From: Gemmatimonadota bacterium
Lineage (GTDB): Bacteria; Gemmatimonadota; Gemmatimonadetes; Gemmatimonadales; GWC2-71-9
Assembly: GCA_003221005.1 (NCBI GenBank)
Contig: QHTZ01000070.1
Span: forward strand, 1-61,919
Direction: 5' to 3'
Length of the DNA stretch: 61,919 bases
The notes under the pieces: generated by a model
Seen by the model: the letters and a program-made list of their open reading frames with translations, nothing else
Databases searched by the model: none
Told to the model about the DNA's origin: nothing
Made by a program: the position numbers and the translations under genes
Shown: positions 19,371-29,105 of the stretch, piece after piece
Layout of the letters: every line of letters begins with the position of its first letter
How positions within the stretch are numbered: the first letter of the stretch is position 1

Positions 19371-20792
19371 TCAGGCTTCGATGAGCACTTCGGCGTGCGC
19401 AGCGGCGAGCTTCCCCAGCCGCTCCCGCACGGTGACCACTTCCCCTACCACCAAGGTGGCCGGGGACTCGAGGCGCGCCTCGCGCGCCAGGGCCTCGATC
19501 GTGGCGAGCGTGCCGACCACGGCACGCTCCTCGGGGAGCGTGGCGCTCGCGATCACCGCGGCGGGCGTGTCGGGCCTCGCGCCGTGGGCGAGGAGCCGGG
19601 CGGTGATGTGGGACAGCCCCCGCAACCCCATCAGAAACACGAGGGTGGGGATGCGTGCCAGCGCGTTCCAATCGAGGTCCGACTCCCCTTCACATTCGTG
19701 CCCTGCGGCCACGGCAAACGCCGAGGCAAACCGGCGGTGTGTGACCGGGATCCCCACCGCTCCGGGAGCGGCGATAGCCGAGCTGACCCCCGGAATCACC
19801 TCGAATGGAACGCCGGCGGCGTGCAGCGCCTCGCCCTCTTCGGCGCCGCGGCCGAACACGAACGGATCGCCCCCCTTGAGCCGCGCCACCACCCGTCCCT
19901 GACGCGCCAGCGCGATCAGGACGTCGTTCGTCTTCTCCTGGTCGATCGAGTGCCCGTCGGCCCGCTTGCCGACGAAAATCCGCTCGGCCCACGGCGCCGC
20001 CCGCTCCACGAGCGCGGGATGCACGAGGCGGTCGTACACCACGACGTCCGCAGTGCGCAGCACCTCGAGCCCGCGCACGGTGACCAGCCCCGGATCGCCG
20101 GGCCCGGCGCCCACGAGGTACACCATCCCACGCGGCGGCGACTCTGCCACGTCGCCCGACGCCGCGCGCGCCACGAGCTCGTCGATCCGCCGGCGGGCGC
20201 CCGCGACGTCGCCACGGCGCACGTACTCCACCGCGTCCGAGTCCACGATCTCGTACCACAAGCGCGTGCGCACTTTCTGATCGGGGACGCGCGCCGCCAC
20301 GGCGGGCCGCAGCTCGCCCAGCAGATCAAGGAACTCGGCGTCCGCCCGGCCGATCAGCGCCCGGATACGCTCGCGCAACCGCACCGCGAGCGCCGGGCTC
20401 TTCCCGGCGGTGGAGACGGCGACCGCGATGTCTCCCGCCCGGTGGATCGCGGGAGCGATGAAGCTGCAGTGAGGGAGGTCGTCCACGGCATTGAGGAGGA
20501 TGCCGCGCTGCTCCGCTTCCGCCCAGACGTCCGCGTTAGCACTCCGATCGTCGGTCGCCGCGATCGTGAGGAAAGCGCCCTCGAGGTCGCCGCGCTGATA
20601 TGCGCGCCGCCGCACCGCGATCGCCCCGGTCGCTGCCAGATCCTCGAGCTTCCAGGTAAGCTCGGGGCTCACCACCGTCACGCGCGCTCCTGCCTCCAGC
20701 AGCCCTACGACCTTCTGCTCCGCGATAGCGCCGCCGCCCACGACGACGGCGTGCCGCCCCTGGAGGTTCAGGAACACCGGATAGAAGCTCAT
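19371..20792 (-). CDS. cysG: Siroheme synthase (dehydrogenase/ferrochelatase + uroporphyrinogen-III methylase)
   Basis: MSFYPVFL, VVGGG, NAVD, STAGKSP, LVGAGPGD, RLKGGDP, PGVSS; ATGA overlap with the cysH stop. Confidence 0.95.
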   Translation of the reverse strand: MSFYPVFLNLQGRHAVVVGGGAIAEQKVVGLLEAGARVTVVSPELTWKLEDLAATGAIAVRRRAYQRGDLEGAFLTIAATDDRSANADVWAEAEQRGILLNAVDDLPHCSFIAPAIHRAGDIAVAVSTAGKSPALAVRLRERIRALIGRADAEFLDLLGELRPAVAARVPDQKVRTRLWYEIVDSDAVEYVRRGDVAGARRRIDELVARAASGDVAESPPRGMVYLVGAGPGDPGLVTVRGLEVLRTADVVVYDRLVHPALVERAAPWAERIFVGKRADGHSIDQEKTNDVLIALARQGRVVARLKGGDPFVFGRGAEEGEALHAAGVPFEVIPGVSSAIAAPGAVGIPVTHRRFASAFAVAAGHECEGESDLDWNALARIPTLVFLMGLRGLSHITARLLAHGARPDTPAAVIASATLPEERAVVGTLATIEALAREARLESPATLVVGEVVTVRERLGKLAAAHAEVLIEA

Positions 20793-21472
20793 ACCTTCAC
20801 CGTGAAGGTGTGGAGACCGCATTCGGTCTTGCCCATGCCGCTCCAGCGGCCCGCCCGCTCCGGCTCGCCCGGCCGCGTGGCCCGGGTGCACGGCCAGCAT
20901 CCGATGCTCGTGAACCCCTGGTCCAGGAGCGGGTGGTAGGGAATGTCCTGCTCCCGGATGTAGCGCCACACGTCGTCGCGCGACCACCCCGCGAGGGGGA
21001 ACACCTTGACGATGGGGTGCCCGTTCGCCTGGTGGTACTCGAGGATGTCGAGGCCGGCCCGGGTGTCGCCCTGGTCACTGCGCACCGCGCTGATCCAGGC
21101 GTCAAAGCCCCCGAGCGCGCGCTGCAGCGGCTCGACCTTGCGGATCCAGCAGCAGTGGTCGGGATCGGTGCGGTACAAGGGGCCCGGGTCAGTGGCCGGC
21201 CGCAGCTCGACCAGGTTGAGCCCGTATCGCTCGGCGAACTGATCCTTGAACGCTAGGGTCTCGGGGAAGTGGAAGCCGGTCTCGAGGAAGAGCACCGGGA
21301 CCCTGCGGTCGATGCGGCTCAGCATGTGCGCCAGCACGACGCCGCCGCCCCCAAAGCTCACGGTCAGCGCCGCGCGCTCCGGGAACGTGGCGACGGTCCA
21401 GGCCACGATCCTCTCGGGCGTCACGCCGCGCAGTTCCGCCGCTCGCTCCCGCACCGCTGCTGCGTTAAGCAT
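20789..21472 (-). CDS. cysH: APS reductase ([4Fe-4S]-type CysH)
   Basis: ETGFHFPET, CC pair (DHCCWIRK), SIGCWPCT, RAGRW, ECGLH. Confidence 0.93.
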   Translation of the reverse strand: MLNAAAVRERAAELRGVTPERIVAWTVATFPERAALTVSFGGGGVVLAHMLSRIDRRVPVLFLETGFHFPETLAFKDQFAERYGLNLVELRPATDPGPLYRTDPDHCCWIRKVEPLQRALGGFDAWISAVRSDQGDTRAGLDILEYHQANGHPIVKVFPLAGWSRDDVWRYIREQDIPYHPLLDQGFTSIGCWPCTRATRPGEPERAGRWSGMGKTECGLHTFTVKV

Positions 21473-21576
21473 CAGCTAGCTCCATCCTCCCTCATTCCGT
21501 TCGTTTGCGGCCGTTTGTCCGGCCCTTCAGGGCACGGGACGAAGCTGCGGCGACGTCGGGATCTTCCCCCCCCCCC

Positions 21577-21616
21577 AAAAACACGAGCCCGCTTCCGATC
21601 GCGGGAAGCGGGCCCG
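21577..21616 (-). terminator. Intrinsic terminator (attenuator) in the cysH leader
   Basis: CGGGCCCGCTTCC-cgcgatc-GGAAGCGGGCTCG followed by TGTTTTT on the minus strand. Confidence 0.8.
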
Positions 21617-21646
21617 ATGCGCGTTGCACTCGTCAGCTACTCGTCC

Positions 21647-21757
21647 TTACGTCCGATTGCCTCCGGACAGTGCGCCGCCACCGTGTCCGCTCCCCAGGGA
21701 GCGAGCACACATACAGCAGGCCTTACAACACACGGTTGTGGCGCAGGTACGAGGCAT
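21647..21757 (-). CDS. Cysteine-rich leader peptide (MPRTCATTVCCKACCMCARSLGSGHGGGALSGGNRT)
   Basis: 6 Cys codons within codons 5-17; lies between the promoter and the terminator upstream of cysH. Confidence 0.8.
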   Translation of the reverse strand: MPRTCATTVCCKACCMCARSLGSGHGGGALSGGNRT

Positions 21758-21786
21758 TGATCCGGTTCTAAAGTGGCTGAGGGGGA

Positions 21787-21815
21787 ACGCTATCACGGAA
21801 GGGGGATGGTGTCAA
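21787..21815 (-). promoter_or_regulatory. sigma70-type promoter of the cys leader/operon
   Basis: TTGACA-17bp-TAGCGT with extended TG. Confidence 0.7.
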
Positions 21816-21874
21816 CGTTGCTGGCTCGCGGCCATCGTGATGTAGCGCACACAAGGGTCGCGGGCGGGGCGTGC

Positions 21875-21903
21875 TTGACAGCCCTGCGGGGGCTTCGTAA
21901 GGT
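21875..21903 (+). promoter_or_regulatory. sigma70-type promoter of the lys/dap operon
   Basis: TTGACA-17bp-TAAGGT. Confidence 0.7.
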
Positions 21904-21913
21904 GGGGGACCAT

Positions 21914-22003
21914 ATGCAACCGCTCCGTCGCTTCTCCCCGCTTACCCGTCCCGGCAGCCGCCAGCTGATGGCCCGCCGAAAGCGGGTGTGTGCCCTCCGT
22001 TAG
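21914..22003 (+). CDS. Putative near-leaderless uORF of the dap operon (MQPLRRFSPLTRPGSRQLMARRKRVCALR)
   Basis: ATG 10 nt after the -10 box; followed by a pyrimidine-rich tract and a hairpin at 22052-22073. Confidence 0.4.
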   Translation: MQPLRRFSPLTRPGSRQLMARRKRVCALR

Positions 22004-22094
22004 CCGGTTCTTTCGCTCCTAGTCGTAGTTTTCAGAAGCCTAGAGTAGAGTGCGGGTGCGCCATGGCACCCGCCGCCGGGATTCGAGGTCTCAC

Positions 22095-24440
22095 GTGACG
22101 GGACGTCCCACATCTGGAGAGCCGACACCGTCCACGGTGCTCAAGTTCGGGGGCACCTCGGTCGAGGATGCCGCCGCCTTCGAGCGGCACCGCGACGTAG
22201 CTCGCCGCCTGCTCGACGCGGCGGCGGCCGCGCGGTTCGACAGCGAGCTCGCCCGTGCCCGCGAGGAGCTCGACCGCCTGCTCGAGCGCGTGTCGCGCGA
22301 GCGGGCCGCTCTCCCCGCGCTCCGGGATGAGATGGCCTCCTACGGGGAGCGCATCTCGGCGTCGCTGCTCGCGGGCGTGCTCGCCGCCCGCGACCTGCCG
22401 GCGGTCTGCGTCGATGCGCGCTGCTGCATCGTGACGAACGAACTGGCGGGGCGTGCGGACCCTGACATCCCGGAGACGGAGCGCCGCACCCGCGCCGAGC
22501 TCGGGCCGCTGCTCGCGGACCGGCGCATCCCGGTGCTCGGCGGCTTCATCGCCGCGTCGCGGAACGGTGTGACGACCACGCTCGGGCGCGGTGGCTCGGA
22601 CTACACGGCGGCGCTCGTCGGCGCGGCGCTCGACGCCGAGGAGATCCAGATCTGGACCGACGTGTCGGGTGTGATGACCGCCGACCCGCGCGTGGTCCCG
22701 AATGCCCGCACCATCCCCACCCTGTCGTACGCCGAAGCCTCGGAGCTTGCGTACTTCGGCGCCAAGGTGCTGCACCCCAAGAGCATCCAGCCAGCGCTGG
22801 CACGCGGGATCCCGGTGCGGATCGTGAATTCGCGCGCGCCGCGGGACGCCGGCACCGTTGTGGCGGCCGAGGCCGAGCTGTGGCCGGGGACGGTCAAGTC
22901 GATCGCGCACAAGACCGGCATCACGGTCCTCCAGATCACGTCGGCGCGCATGCTCGGCGCCTACGGGTTCCTGCGCGCCCTGTTCGAGGTGTTCGACCGC
23001 CACAAGATGCCGGTGGACGTGGTGACCACCTCCGAGGTGAGCCTGTCGCTCACGGTGGAGGACGGCGCCGGGCTCCCCGCGGTCGTGAACGAGCTCGAGA
23101 CGCTGGGCGAGGTCCGGGTGGAGCCGCGCCGCGCGATCATCTGTGTGGTGGGCGAGGGCCTGCGCACCACGCCCGGCATCGCGGCGCGCGTGTTCGAGAC
23201 GATTCGCGACATCAACGTCTCGCTCATCTCCCAGGGAGCGTCGCGGGTGAACCTCACGTTCATCGTGGACGACGGCCAGGCGCGGGAAACGGTGACGCGC
23301 CTGCATGCCGCGTTGCTCGAGGGGGTTGCAGTCGGGCGGTCAGACCGTCGGGCAGCCGGACGGGGAAGGCGTAAGCGGTCCGACCGTCCGACGGTCCGAC
23401 CGTCCGACCGTTGGACCGCCGTCGAGCTGGCGCGCCGCCTCATCGACATCCCCTCGATCTCTGGCGAAGAGGAGGCGGTCGCCCGATTCCTGAAAGGGCA
23501 TTTGGAGCGGCTGGGCTACAGAGTCGAGCTGCTTGAGTCAGCGCCGGGGCGCCCCGGCCTGTTCGCCACGACCGGCGCTGCGCCGCGCATCGTCTTCTGC
23601 ACCCACCTCGACACCGTGCCACCGTTCTTCGCGTCGTCCGAGGACGACGAATTCGTGTACGGGCGCGGTGCCTGCGACACGAAGGGGATCCTCGCCGCGC
23701 AGCTCGCCGCGGCGGAGCGGCTGCGCGCCGCGGGGATCACCGAGCTGGGGCTGCTGTTCGTGGTGGACGAAGAAAAAGGAAGCATCGGCGCGCGTGCGGC
23801 GAACGGTCACCCCGACGCGCGCGACTGCCGCTGGCTGATCGTCGGCGAGCCGACGGAAAACAAGCTCGCGATCGGCTCCAAGGGCTCGCTGCGGTTGGCG
23901 CTCCGGGCGGAGGGCACCGGCGGACATTCGGCGTATCCCGAGCGGGGCCGGTCCGCGATCCACACCCTGCTCGACGTGCTCGGCGACGTGCGGGCGGTCG
24001 CGTGGCCCACGGACGCCTACTTCGGCGAGACGACGTGCAACGTCGGCATCATCAGCGGTGGCGTGGGCGCGAACGTAATCGCCCCCGACGCCCGCGCTGA
24101 GCTGCACGTTCGCCTCGTCACCGATGCGGCGCCGGTGCGCGAGCTGCTCGAGCGCGCCGTGGCCGGCCGCGCGAAGATTGAATACTTGAGCGCCACGCCC
24201 CCTGTGCGCCTCGCCGCGGTGCCGGGGTTCGAGCAGTGCGTGGTCGGCTTCACCACCGACGTGCCGCACCTCTCGAACTGGGGCACACCGCTGCTGCTCG
24301 GCCCCGGCTCGATCCACGATGCCCACACCGCGGGGGAGCGGATCGCCAAGGCCGAGCTCGAGCGCGGGGTGGAGCTGTACGAGCGGCTGGCTCGCCGCTT
24401 GTACGCGGAGCCGTCGACCGCCGTGCGGACAGCACCGTGA
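22095..24440 (+). CDS. lysC: Aspartate kinase (ACT domains) fused to an M20 deacylase (DapE/ArgE-like); kinase has an apparent internal deletion
   Basis: KFGGTSV, GERIS, TTLGRGGSD, WTDV, GAKVLHP, two ACT domains; then THLDTVP, GRGACDTKG, DEE, GEPT, GHS, AHT M20 motifs; GAGG RBS before GTG 22095. Confidence 0.85.
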   Translation: MTGRPTSGEPTPSTVLKFGGTSVEDAAAFERHRDVARRLLDAAAAARFDSELARAREELDRLLERVSRERAALPALRDEMASYGERISASLLAGVLAARDLPAVCVDARCCIVTNELAGRADPDIPETERRTRAELGPLLADRRIPVLGGFIAASRNGVTTTLGRGGSDYTAALVGAALDAEEIQIWTDVSGVMTADPRVVPNARTIPTLSYAEASELAYFGAKVLHPKSIQPALARGIPVRIVNSRAPRDAGTVVAAEAELWPGTVKSIAHKTGITVLQITSARMLGAYGFLRALFEVFDRHKMPVDVVTTSEVSLSLTVEDGAGLPAVVNELETLGEVRVEPRRAIICVVGEGLRTTPGIAARVFETIRDINVSLISQGASRVNLTFIVDDGQARETVTRLHAALLEGVAVGRSDRRAAGRGRRKRSDRPTVRPSDRWTAVELARRLIDIPSISGEEEAVARFLKGHLERLGYRVELLESAPGRPGLFATTGAAPRIVFCTHLDTVPPFFASSEDDEFVYGRGACDTKGILAAQLAAAERLRAAGITELGLLFVVDEEKGSIGARAANGHPDARDCRWLIVGEPTENKLAIGSKGSLRLALRAEGTGGHSAYPERGRSAIHTLLDVLGDVRAVAWPTDAYFGETTCNVGIISGGVGANVIAPDARAELHVRLVTDAAPVRELLERAVAGRAKIEYLSATPPVRLAAVPGFEQCVVGFTTDVPHLSNWGTPLLLGPGSIHDAHTAGERIAKAELERGVELYERLARRLYAEPSTAVRTAP
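23328..23411. repeat. Palindromic array of 8-bp units (RCGGTCGG-like / CCGACCGT) in frame in the LysC-M20 linker
   Basis: Left arm gcagtcgg gcggtcag accgtcgg gcagccgg; right arm ccgaccgt ccgacggt ccgaccgt ccgaccgt. Confidence 0.75.
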
Positions 24441-25165
24441 AGCTCGCGTTCTTCGGGAACGGGCGCATGGGGCGCGCCGTCGTCGAGCGGGCCCGCGACG
24501 CCGGTCACGACGTCGGCGTCGTGGTGACATCGCGGGACGCGAAGGCCAGCGGGGACGAGCTCGCGGCGAAGCTGCGGGGCCACGACGCTGCGATCGACTT
24601 CTCCGTCGCCGCTGCCGTGCTGACGCACGTGGCGGCGTGCGCGCGGGCGGGGGTGCCGCTCGTGGAGGGCACGACGGGTTGGCAGGGGCAGGAAGCAGAG
24701 GCGCGGCGCCTGGTCGAGGAACGGGGGGGCGCCATGGTGTACGGGGCAAACTTCTCTTTAGGTGTGAACCTGTTTTATCGGCTGGTGGACCGCGCCGGGC
24801 AGCTGTACCGCGGCCTGCCAGCGTACGAGGCGTATATAGAAGAGGCGCACCACGCCAAGAAGCGCGACGCCCCGTCGGGCACGGCCCTCGAGCTGCGCCG
24901 GCTGCTGGCGCAACGGCTCGGCCGTGAGGTGCCGGTGGCCAGCACGCGCGCAGGCCATATTCCGGGCGTGCACCGGGTGGGCTTCGACTCCGCGGCGGAC
25001 GAGATCCTCTTGATTCACACCGCCCGCTCGCGCGACGGTTTCGCGGCGGGGGCGCTCGCCGCCGCCCGCTGGCTCGCCAGCCCCGGGAGTGGGAAACGCG
25101 GCGTGCACGCCTTCGGCGACGTGCTGGATGATATCCTGGAGATGGAAAGGACGGGCAAGCCATGA
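24437..25165 (+). CDS. dapB: 4-hydroxy-tetrahydrodipicolinate reductase
   Basis: GNGRMG, IDFS, GTTG, ANFSLG, EAHHAKKRDAPSGTA; GTGA overlap with the upstream stop. Confidence 0.95.
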   Translation: MKLAFFGNGRMGRAVVERARDAGHDVGVVVTSRDAKASGDELAAKLRGHDAAIDFSVAAAVLTHVAACARAGVPLVEGTTGWQGQEAEARRLVEERGGAMVYGANFSLGVNLFYRLVDRAGQLYRGLPAYEAYIEEAHHAKKRDAPSGTALELRRLLAQRLGREVPVASTRAGHIPGVHRVGFDSAADEILLIHTARSRDGFAAGALAAARWLASPGSGKRGVHAFGDVLDDILEMERTGKP

Positions 25166-26085
25166 CCATGCGCACAGACTGGCTCCGGGGGTGCGGGACG
25201 GCGCTCGTCACGCCGTTCGCGGCGGACGGGAGGGTGGACGAGGCGCGCATGCGCGCGCTGGTGGAGCGACAGCTCGCCGGAGGAGTGAAGCTGCTCGTCC
25301 CCTGCGGCACGACCGGCGAAGCGATGACGATGACGCCGGAGGAGCAGACGCGCGTCATGCGGATCGCGGTCGAGACGGCGCGCGGCCGCGCGCGCGTACT
25401 CGCCGGGGTGGGGAGCAATTCGACGGCGGTGACGGTCGAGCGGGCGCGGGCCGCGCGGGCGGCTGGCGTGGACGGCGTGCTGGTGGTCGCGCCGTATTAC
25501 AACAAACCGACCCAGGCGGGGCTCATCGCGCACTTCAAGGCTGTGGCGGATGGAGTGGCGGGGCTGCCCGTCGTGCTCTATAACGTCCCCGGCCGCACGT
25601 CCTCCAACATCCAGGCGCCGACGGTCCTGACGCTGGCGCGCGAGGTAGAGACGATCGCCGGTATCAAGGAGGCCTCGAACGACCTCACCCAGATCATGGC
25701 GATTCTGCGCGAGCGCCCGCAGGGATTCAGGGTGCTCTCAGGCGACGACGCGGTGACCCTCCCGCTCATCGCGCTCGGTGCGGACGGGATCATCTCGGTG
25801 GTCTCGAACGAGGTGCCCGATTTGATGGCCCGGATGGCCGAGCTCGCGTTGCAGGGAAACTGGACAGCGGCCCGCGAGCTGCACTACAGGCTGCTGCCGC
25901 TCATGGAGGCGAACTTCATCGAGTCCAACCCTGGGCCGGTGAAGGCGGCGATGGCGCTCATGGGGCTGCTCGAGGACCAGCTGCGGCTGCCGCTGGTGCC
26001 GGTGCAGGAGAAGACGCGAGCGCGCCTGCGGGAAGTGCTCCAGGAGCTCGGGGTACTCCAGCGGCCGGCCCATGTCGCTGCGTGA
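25162..26085 (+). CDS. dapA: 4-hydroxy-tetrahydrodipicolinate synthase
   Basis: [34 protein letters not shown]. Confidence 0.97.
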   Translation: MTMRTDWLRGCGTALVTPFAADGRVDEARMRALVERQLAGGVKLLVPCGTTGEAMTMTPEEQTRVMRIAVETARGRARVLAGVGSNSTAVTVERARAARAAGVDGVLVVAPYYNKPTQAGLIAHFKAVADGVAGLPVVLYNVPGRTSSNIQAPTVLTLAREVETIAGIKEASNDLTQIMAILRERPQGFRVLSGDDAVTLPLIALGADGIISVVSNEVPDLMARMAELALQGNWTAARELHYRLLPLMEANFIESNPGPVKAAMALMGLLEDQLRLPLVPVQEKTRARLREVLQELGVLQRPAHVAA

Positions 26086-26908
26086 GCGAATCGAGGCGCT
26101 CGCCGCCGCCACCCGGAGCAGTTACGGGGACGGCGAGCGGACGACGTTCGCCGAATTTCGCGCGGCGCTCTCTTCCGGCGCAGTGCGGGCCGCCGAGCGG
26201 GGGAAGGATGGCGCCTGGCGCGCCAACGCATGGGTCAAGCAGGGCATCCTGCTCGGCTTCCGTATGGGCGCGCTCACCGACCTCTCGGTGGACGGCACGT
26301 TCCGGTTCTTCGACAAGGACACATTCCCGGTCCGCGGCACCACGGTCGCCGACCGGGTGCGGATCGTTCCCGGAGGCTCGACCATCCGCGACGGGGCGTA
26401 CGTGGCGCCCGGCGTCGTGTGCATGCCCCCGATGTACGTGAACGTGGGCGCCTACGTGGATGAGGGGACGCTGATCGACAGCCATGCGCTCGTCGGCTCG
26501 TGCGCGCAGATCGGGCGGCGGGTGCATCTCTCGGCTGCGGCGCAGATCGGCGGCGTGCTCGAGCCCGTGGGCGCGCTCCCCGTGATCATCGAGGATGACG
26601 TGCTGGTGGGCGGCAACTGCGGCGTGTACGAAGGGACGATCGTGCGGGAGCGCGCCGTTCTCGCCCCCGGCACGATCCTCACGGGTTCGACACCCGTCTA
26701 CGACCTGGCGCGCGAGCGGGTGTACCGGAGGCCCAGCGCCGGCGGCGTTCTCGAGATCCCGGCGGGGGCGGTCGTAGTGCCCGGGGCCCGCGCGGCGAAG
26801 GGCACACTCGCGAATGCGGAGGGCTTGTCGCTGTACGCGCCGGTGATCGTGAAATACCGGGACGAGCGCACCGACGCGGCGACCCTGCTCGAGGAGGCGC
26901 TGCGGTGA
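26072..26908 (+). CDS. dapD: Tetrahydrodipicolinate N-succinyltransferase
   Basis: [37 protein letters not shown] hexapeptide repeats. Confidence 0.93.
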   Translation: MSLRERIEALAAATRSSYGDGERTTFAEFRAALSSGAVRAAERGKDGAWRANAWVKQGILLGFRMGALTDLSVDGTFRFFDKDTFPVRGTTVADRVRIVPGGSTIRDGAYVAPGVVCMPPMYVNVGAYVDEGTLIDSHALVGSCAQIGRRVHLSAAAQIGGVLEPVGALPVIIEDDVLVGGNCGVYEGTIVRERAVLAPGTILTGSTPVYDLARERVYRRPSAGGVLEIPAGAVVVPGARAAKGTLANAEGLSLYAPVIVKYRDERTDAATLLEEALR

Positions 26909-28065
26909 GCGGGTTCCAGCCGGCGCGGCGGCTGCGCGGCATCGAGAAGACGGCGATCCGCGAGTTCTTCGACCGCGCTCCCGCGGGGAGCATCAACCTG
27001 GGCCTCGGCGAGCCCGATCTCCCGACGCCCGACGTCGTGCGCCAGGCCGCGGTCCGCGCGATTCAGGACGAGCGGAACGGCTACACGACGCACGCGGGCC
27101 TCGTCGCACTGCGGGAGCGGGTGGCCGGCGAGTATCCATCGCTGGGCGCTGGACCCGACCGTGTGATCATTACCGCGGGCTCGCAGGAGGCGCTCTACCT
27201 CGCCCTCACGACGCTCGTGGACGACGGCGACGAGGTGCTCCTCCCGGACCCGGGGTTCGTCGCCTATCCGACCATCGTACGGATGGCGGGTGGCCGGCCG
27301 GTGTTCTACCGCCTGCCCGCGGCGGGTGACTTCGAGCTGGACTTGGACGACTTCCGCAAGAAAGTTTCGCGGCGCACGAAGGTGGTCGTGTGCATCAGCC
27401 CCTCGAACCCGACCGGGCGCGCGCTCACGGCGCGGGATCTCGAGGGGATGGCCCGGGCGCTCGAAGGCAGCGGTGCCCTCGTCGTGAGTGATGAGATCTA
27501 CCGGGAGCTCTACTTCGGGGACGCGCGCCCCCCCTCGATCGCCGACCATTATCGGGGCACGGTCGTCATGAGCGGGCTATCGAAATCGATGAGCATGACG
27601 GGCTGGAGGCTCGGATGGCTGTGCGGCCCGCCGGAGGTGGTGCGCAGCGCGCTTGTCTTGCACGGCTACGTGACGACGTGCGCCTCCACGATCTCGCAGA
27701 AGGCGGCGCTCGCGGCATGGACGCCGGAGGCGGGGGCGGCCCGGGAGGCCATGCGCGGCACGTTCCGCAGGCGGCGTGACCATCTGCTCGAGCTCGTTGG
27801 CCGGACGCTGGGCCTGCGGGCAGTCAAGCCAGATGGCGCGTTCTACACGATGGTGGACGTCGCGCCCTACGGCGCGTCGCAGCGCGTCGCAGAGACGTTA
27901 CTCGAGCACCGAGTGATCACGGTGCCGGGCGCGACGTTCGGCTCGGAAGCCGAGGGGTTTTTGCGGCTCTCCTTCTGTGCGGAGGAGGGCGCGCTCACGG
28001 AAGGCGTGCGTCGCATCGCGGCGGCGCTCGCCCAGCTGAAGCCGCGTCAGGAGCTGCCGGTATGA
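26905..28065 (+). CDS. Class I/II PLP aminotransferase (probable N-acyl-DAP aminotransferase)
   Basis: [26 protein letters not shown]; position within the dap operon. Confidence 0.85.
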   Translation: MSGFQPARRLRGIEKTAIREFFDRAPAGSINLGLGEPDLPTPDVVRQAAVRAIQDERNGYTTHAGLVALRERVAGEYPSLGAGPDRVIITAGSQEALYLALTTLVDDGDEVLLPDPGFVAYPTIVRMAGGRPVFYRLPAAGDFELDLDDFRKKVSRRTKVVVCISPSNPTGRALTARDLEGMARALEGSGALVVSDEIYRELYFGDARPPSIADHYRGTVVMSGLSKSMSMTGWRLGWLCGPPEVVRSALVLHGYVTTCASTISQKAALAAWTPEAGAAREAMRGTFRRRRDHLLELVGRTLGLRAVKPDGAFYTMVDVAPYGASQRVAETLLEHRVITVPGATFGSEAEGFLRLSFCAEEGALTEGVRRIAAALAQLKPRQELPV

Positions 28066-29105
28066 CGAAGCAGATCCGGGTGGGCATTCTCGGCGCCACA
28101 GGGACGGTGGGACAGCGCTTCGTGCAAATGCTCGAGGGACACCCGCAGTTCAAGGTGACGGCGTTGGCCGCCTCCGACCGCTCTGTGGGGAAGACGTACG
28201 CCGAGGCGTGTCCATGGCGGCTGCCAGGCGAGATGCCCTCGAGCGTGCGCGCGCTCGCACTTCAGCCACCCCGGCCGCCGCTCGACTGTGACGTGATCTT
28301 CTCGAGTCTTCCTGGAGACGTGGCCCGGGAAGCTGAGGGTTGCTTCGCCGCCGCGGATTTTCCCGTTATTACCAATTCGTCATCGTATCGGATGGACGCG
28401 GACGTCCCGCTGCTCGTGCCGGAGGTGAACGCCGAGCACCTGGGCATGCTCGACGGCCGCAAGGAGCAGGGCTTCATCGTCACCAACCCCAACTGCTCGG
28501 CGATCGGCATCGCGCTCGCGCTCGCGCCGCTGCATCGAGCATTCGGCGTCGAAGCCTGCGTGGTGACGACGCTGCAAGCGATCTCGGGCGCGGGCTATCC
28601 CGGCGTCTCCGCGATGGACATCACGGACAACGTCTTCCCGTTCATCGCGAGCGAGGAAGAGAAGATCGAGCGCGAGACGCAGAAGATCCTCGGCACCCTG
28701 CGCGGCGGCGCGATTGAGCCGGCGCCGTTCCCCCTCAGCGCGCAGTGCCACCGCGTGAATGTGCAGGACGGCCACCTCGCGGCGATTCGGGTCAAGCTCG
28801 CCCGGAAGGCGGATATCGCGGCGGTGCGCGCGGCGTTCGCGGCGTTCACGGGCGTCCCCCAGCAGCTCAAGCTGCACACGGCGCCGGAGCGGCCGATCGT
28901 GGTGCGAGACGAGCCCGACCGCCCGCAGCCGCGGCTCGATCGGGACGCAGGAGGCGGGATGAGCGTCACCGTGGGGCGGCTGTTCCCGGATCGGGTGCTC
29001 GACTACCGCTTCGTGGTGCTGAGTCACAACACGATTCGGGGTGCGGCGGGAGCGGCGATTTTGAATGCCGAGCTGCTGGCGGCGAGGGGGTACGTCAGAA
29101 GCTAG
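28062..29105 (+). CDS. asd: Aspartate-semialdehyde dehydrogenase
   Basis: GATGTVGQRF, NPNCS, QAISGAG, RPQPRLD, HNTIRGAAG. Confidence 0.95.
   Translation: MTKQIRVGILGATGTVGQRFVQMLEGHPQFKVTALAASDRSVGKTYAEACPWRLPGEMPSSVRALALQPPRPPLDCDVIFSSLPGDVAREAEGCFAAADFPVITNSSSYRMDADVPLLVPEVNAEHLGMLDGRKEQGFIVTNPNCSAIGIALALAPLHRAFGVEACVVTTLQAISGAGYPGVSAMDITDNVFPFIASEEEKIERETQKILGTLRGGAIEPAPFPLSAQCHRVNVQDGHLAAIRVKLARKADIAAVRAAFAAFTGVPQQLKLHTAPERPIVVRDEPDRPQPRLDRDAGGGMSVTVGRLFPDRVLDYRFVVLSHNTIRGAAGAAILNAELLAARGYVRS

Noticed and set aside
21566-21576. C11 tract in the cysH leader as a phase-variation switch
   Set aside because: Non-coding, outside the promoter spacer and downstream of the terminator; no visible consequence of a length change
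21904-22094. Lysine riboswitch or T-box upstream of lysC
   Set aside because: No recognisable L-box or T-box consensus by eye; an Infernal scan would be needed to exclude it fully
23328-23411. CRISPR-like repeat
   Set aside because: 8-bp tandem units without unique spacers, inside a CDS, no cas genes
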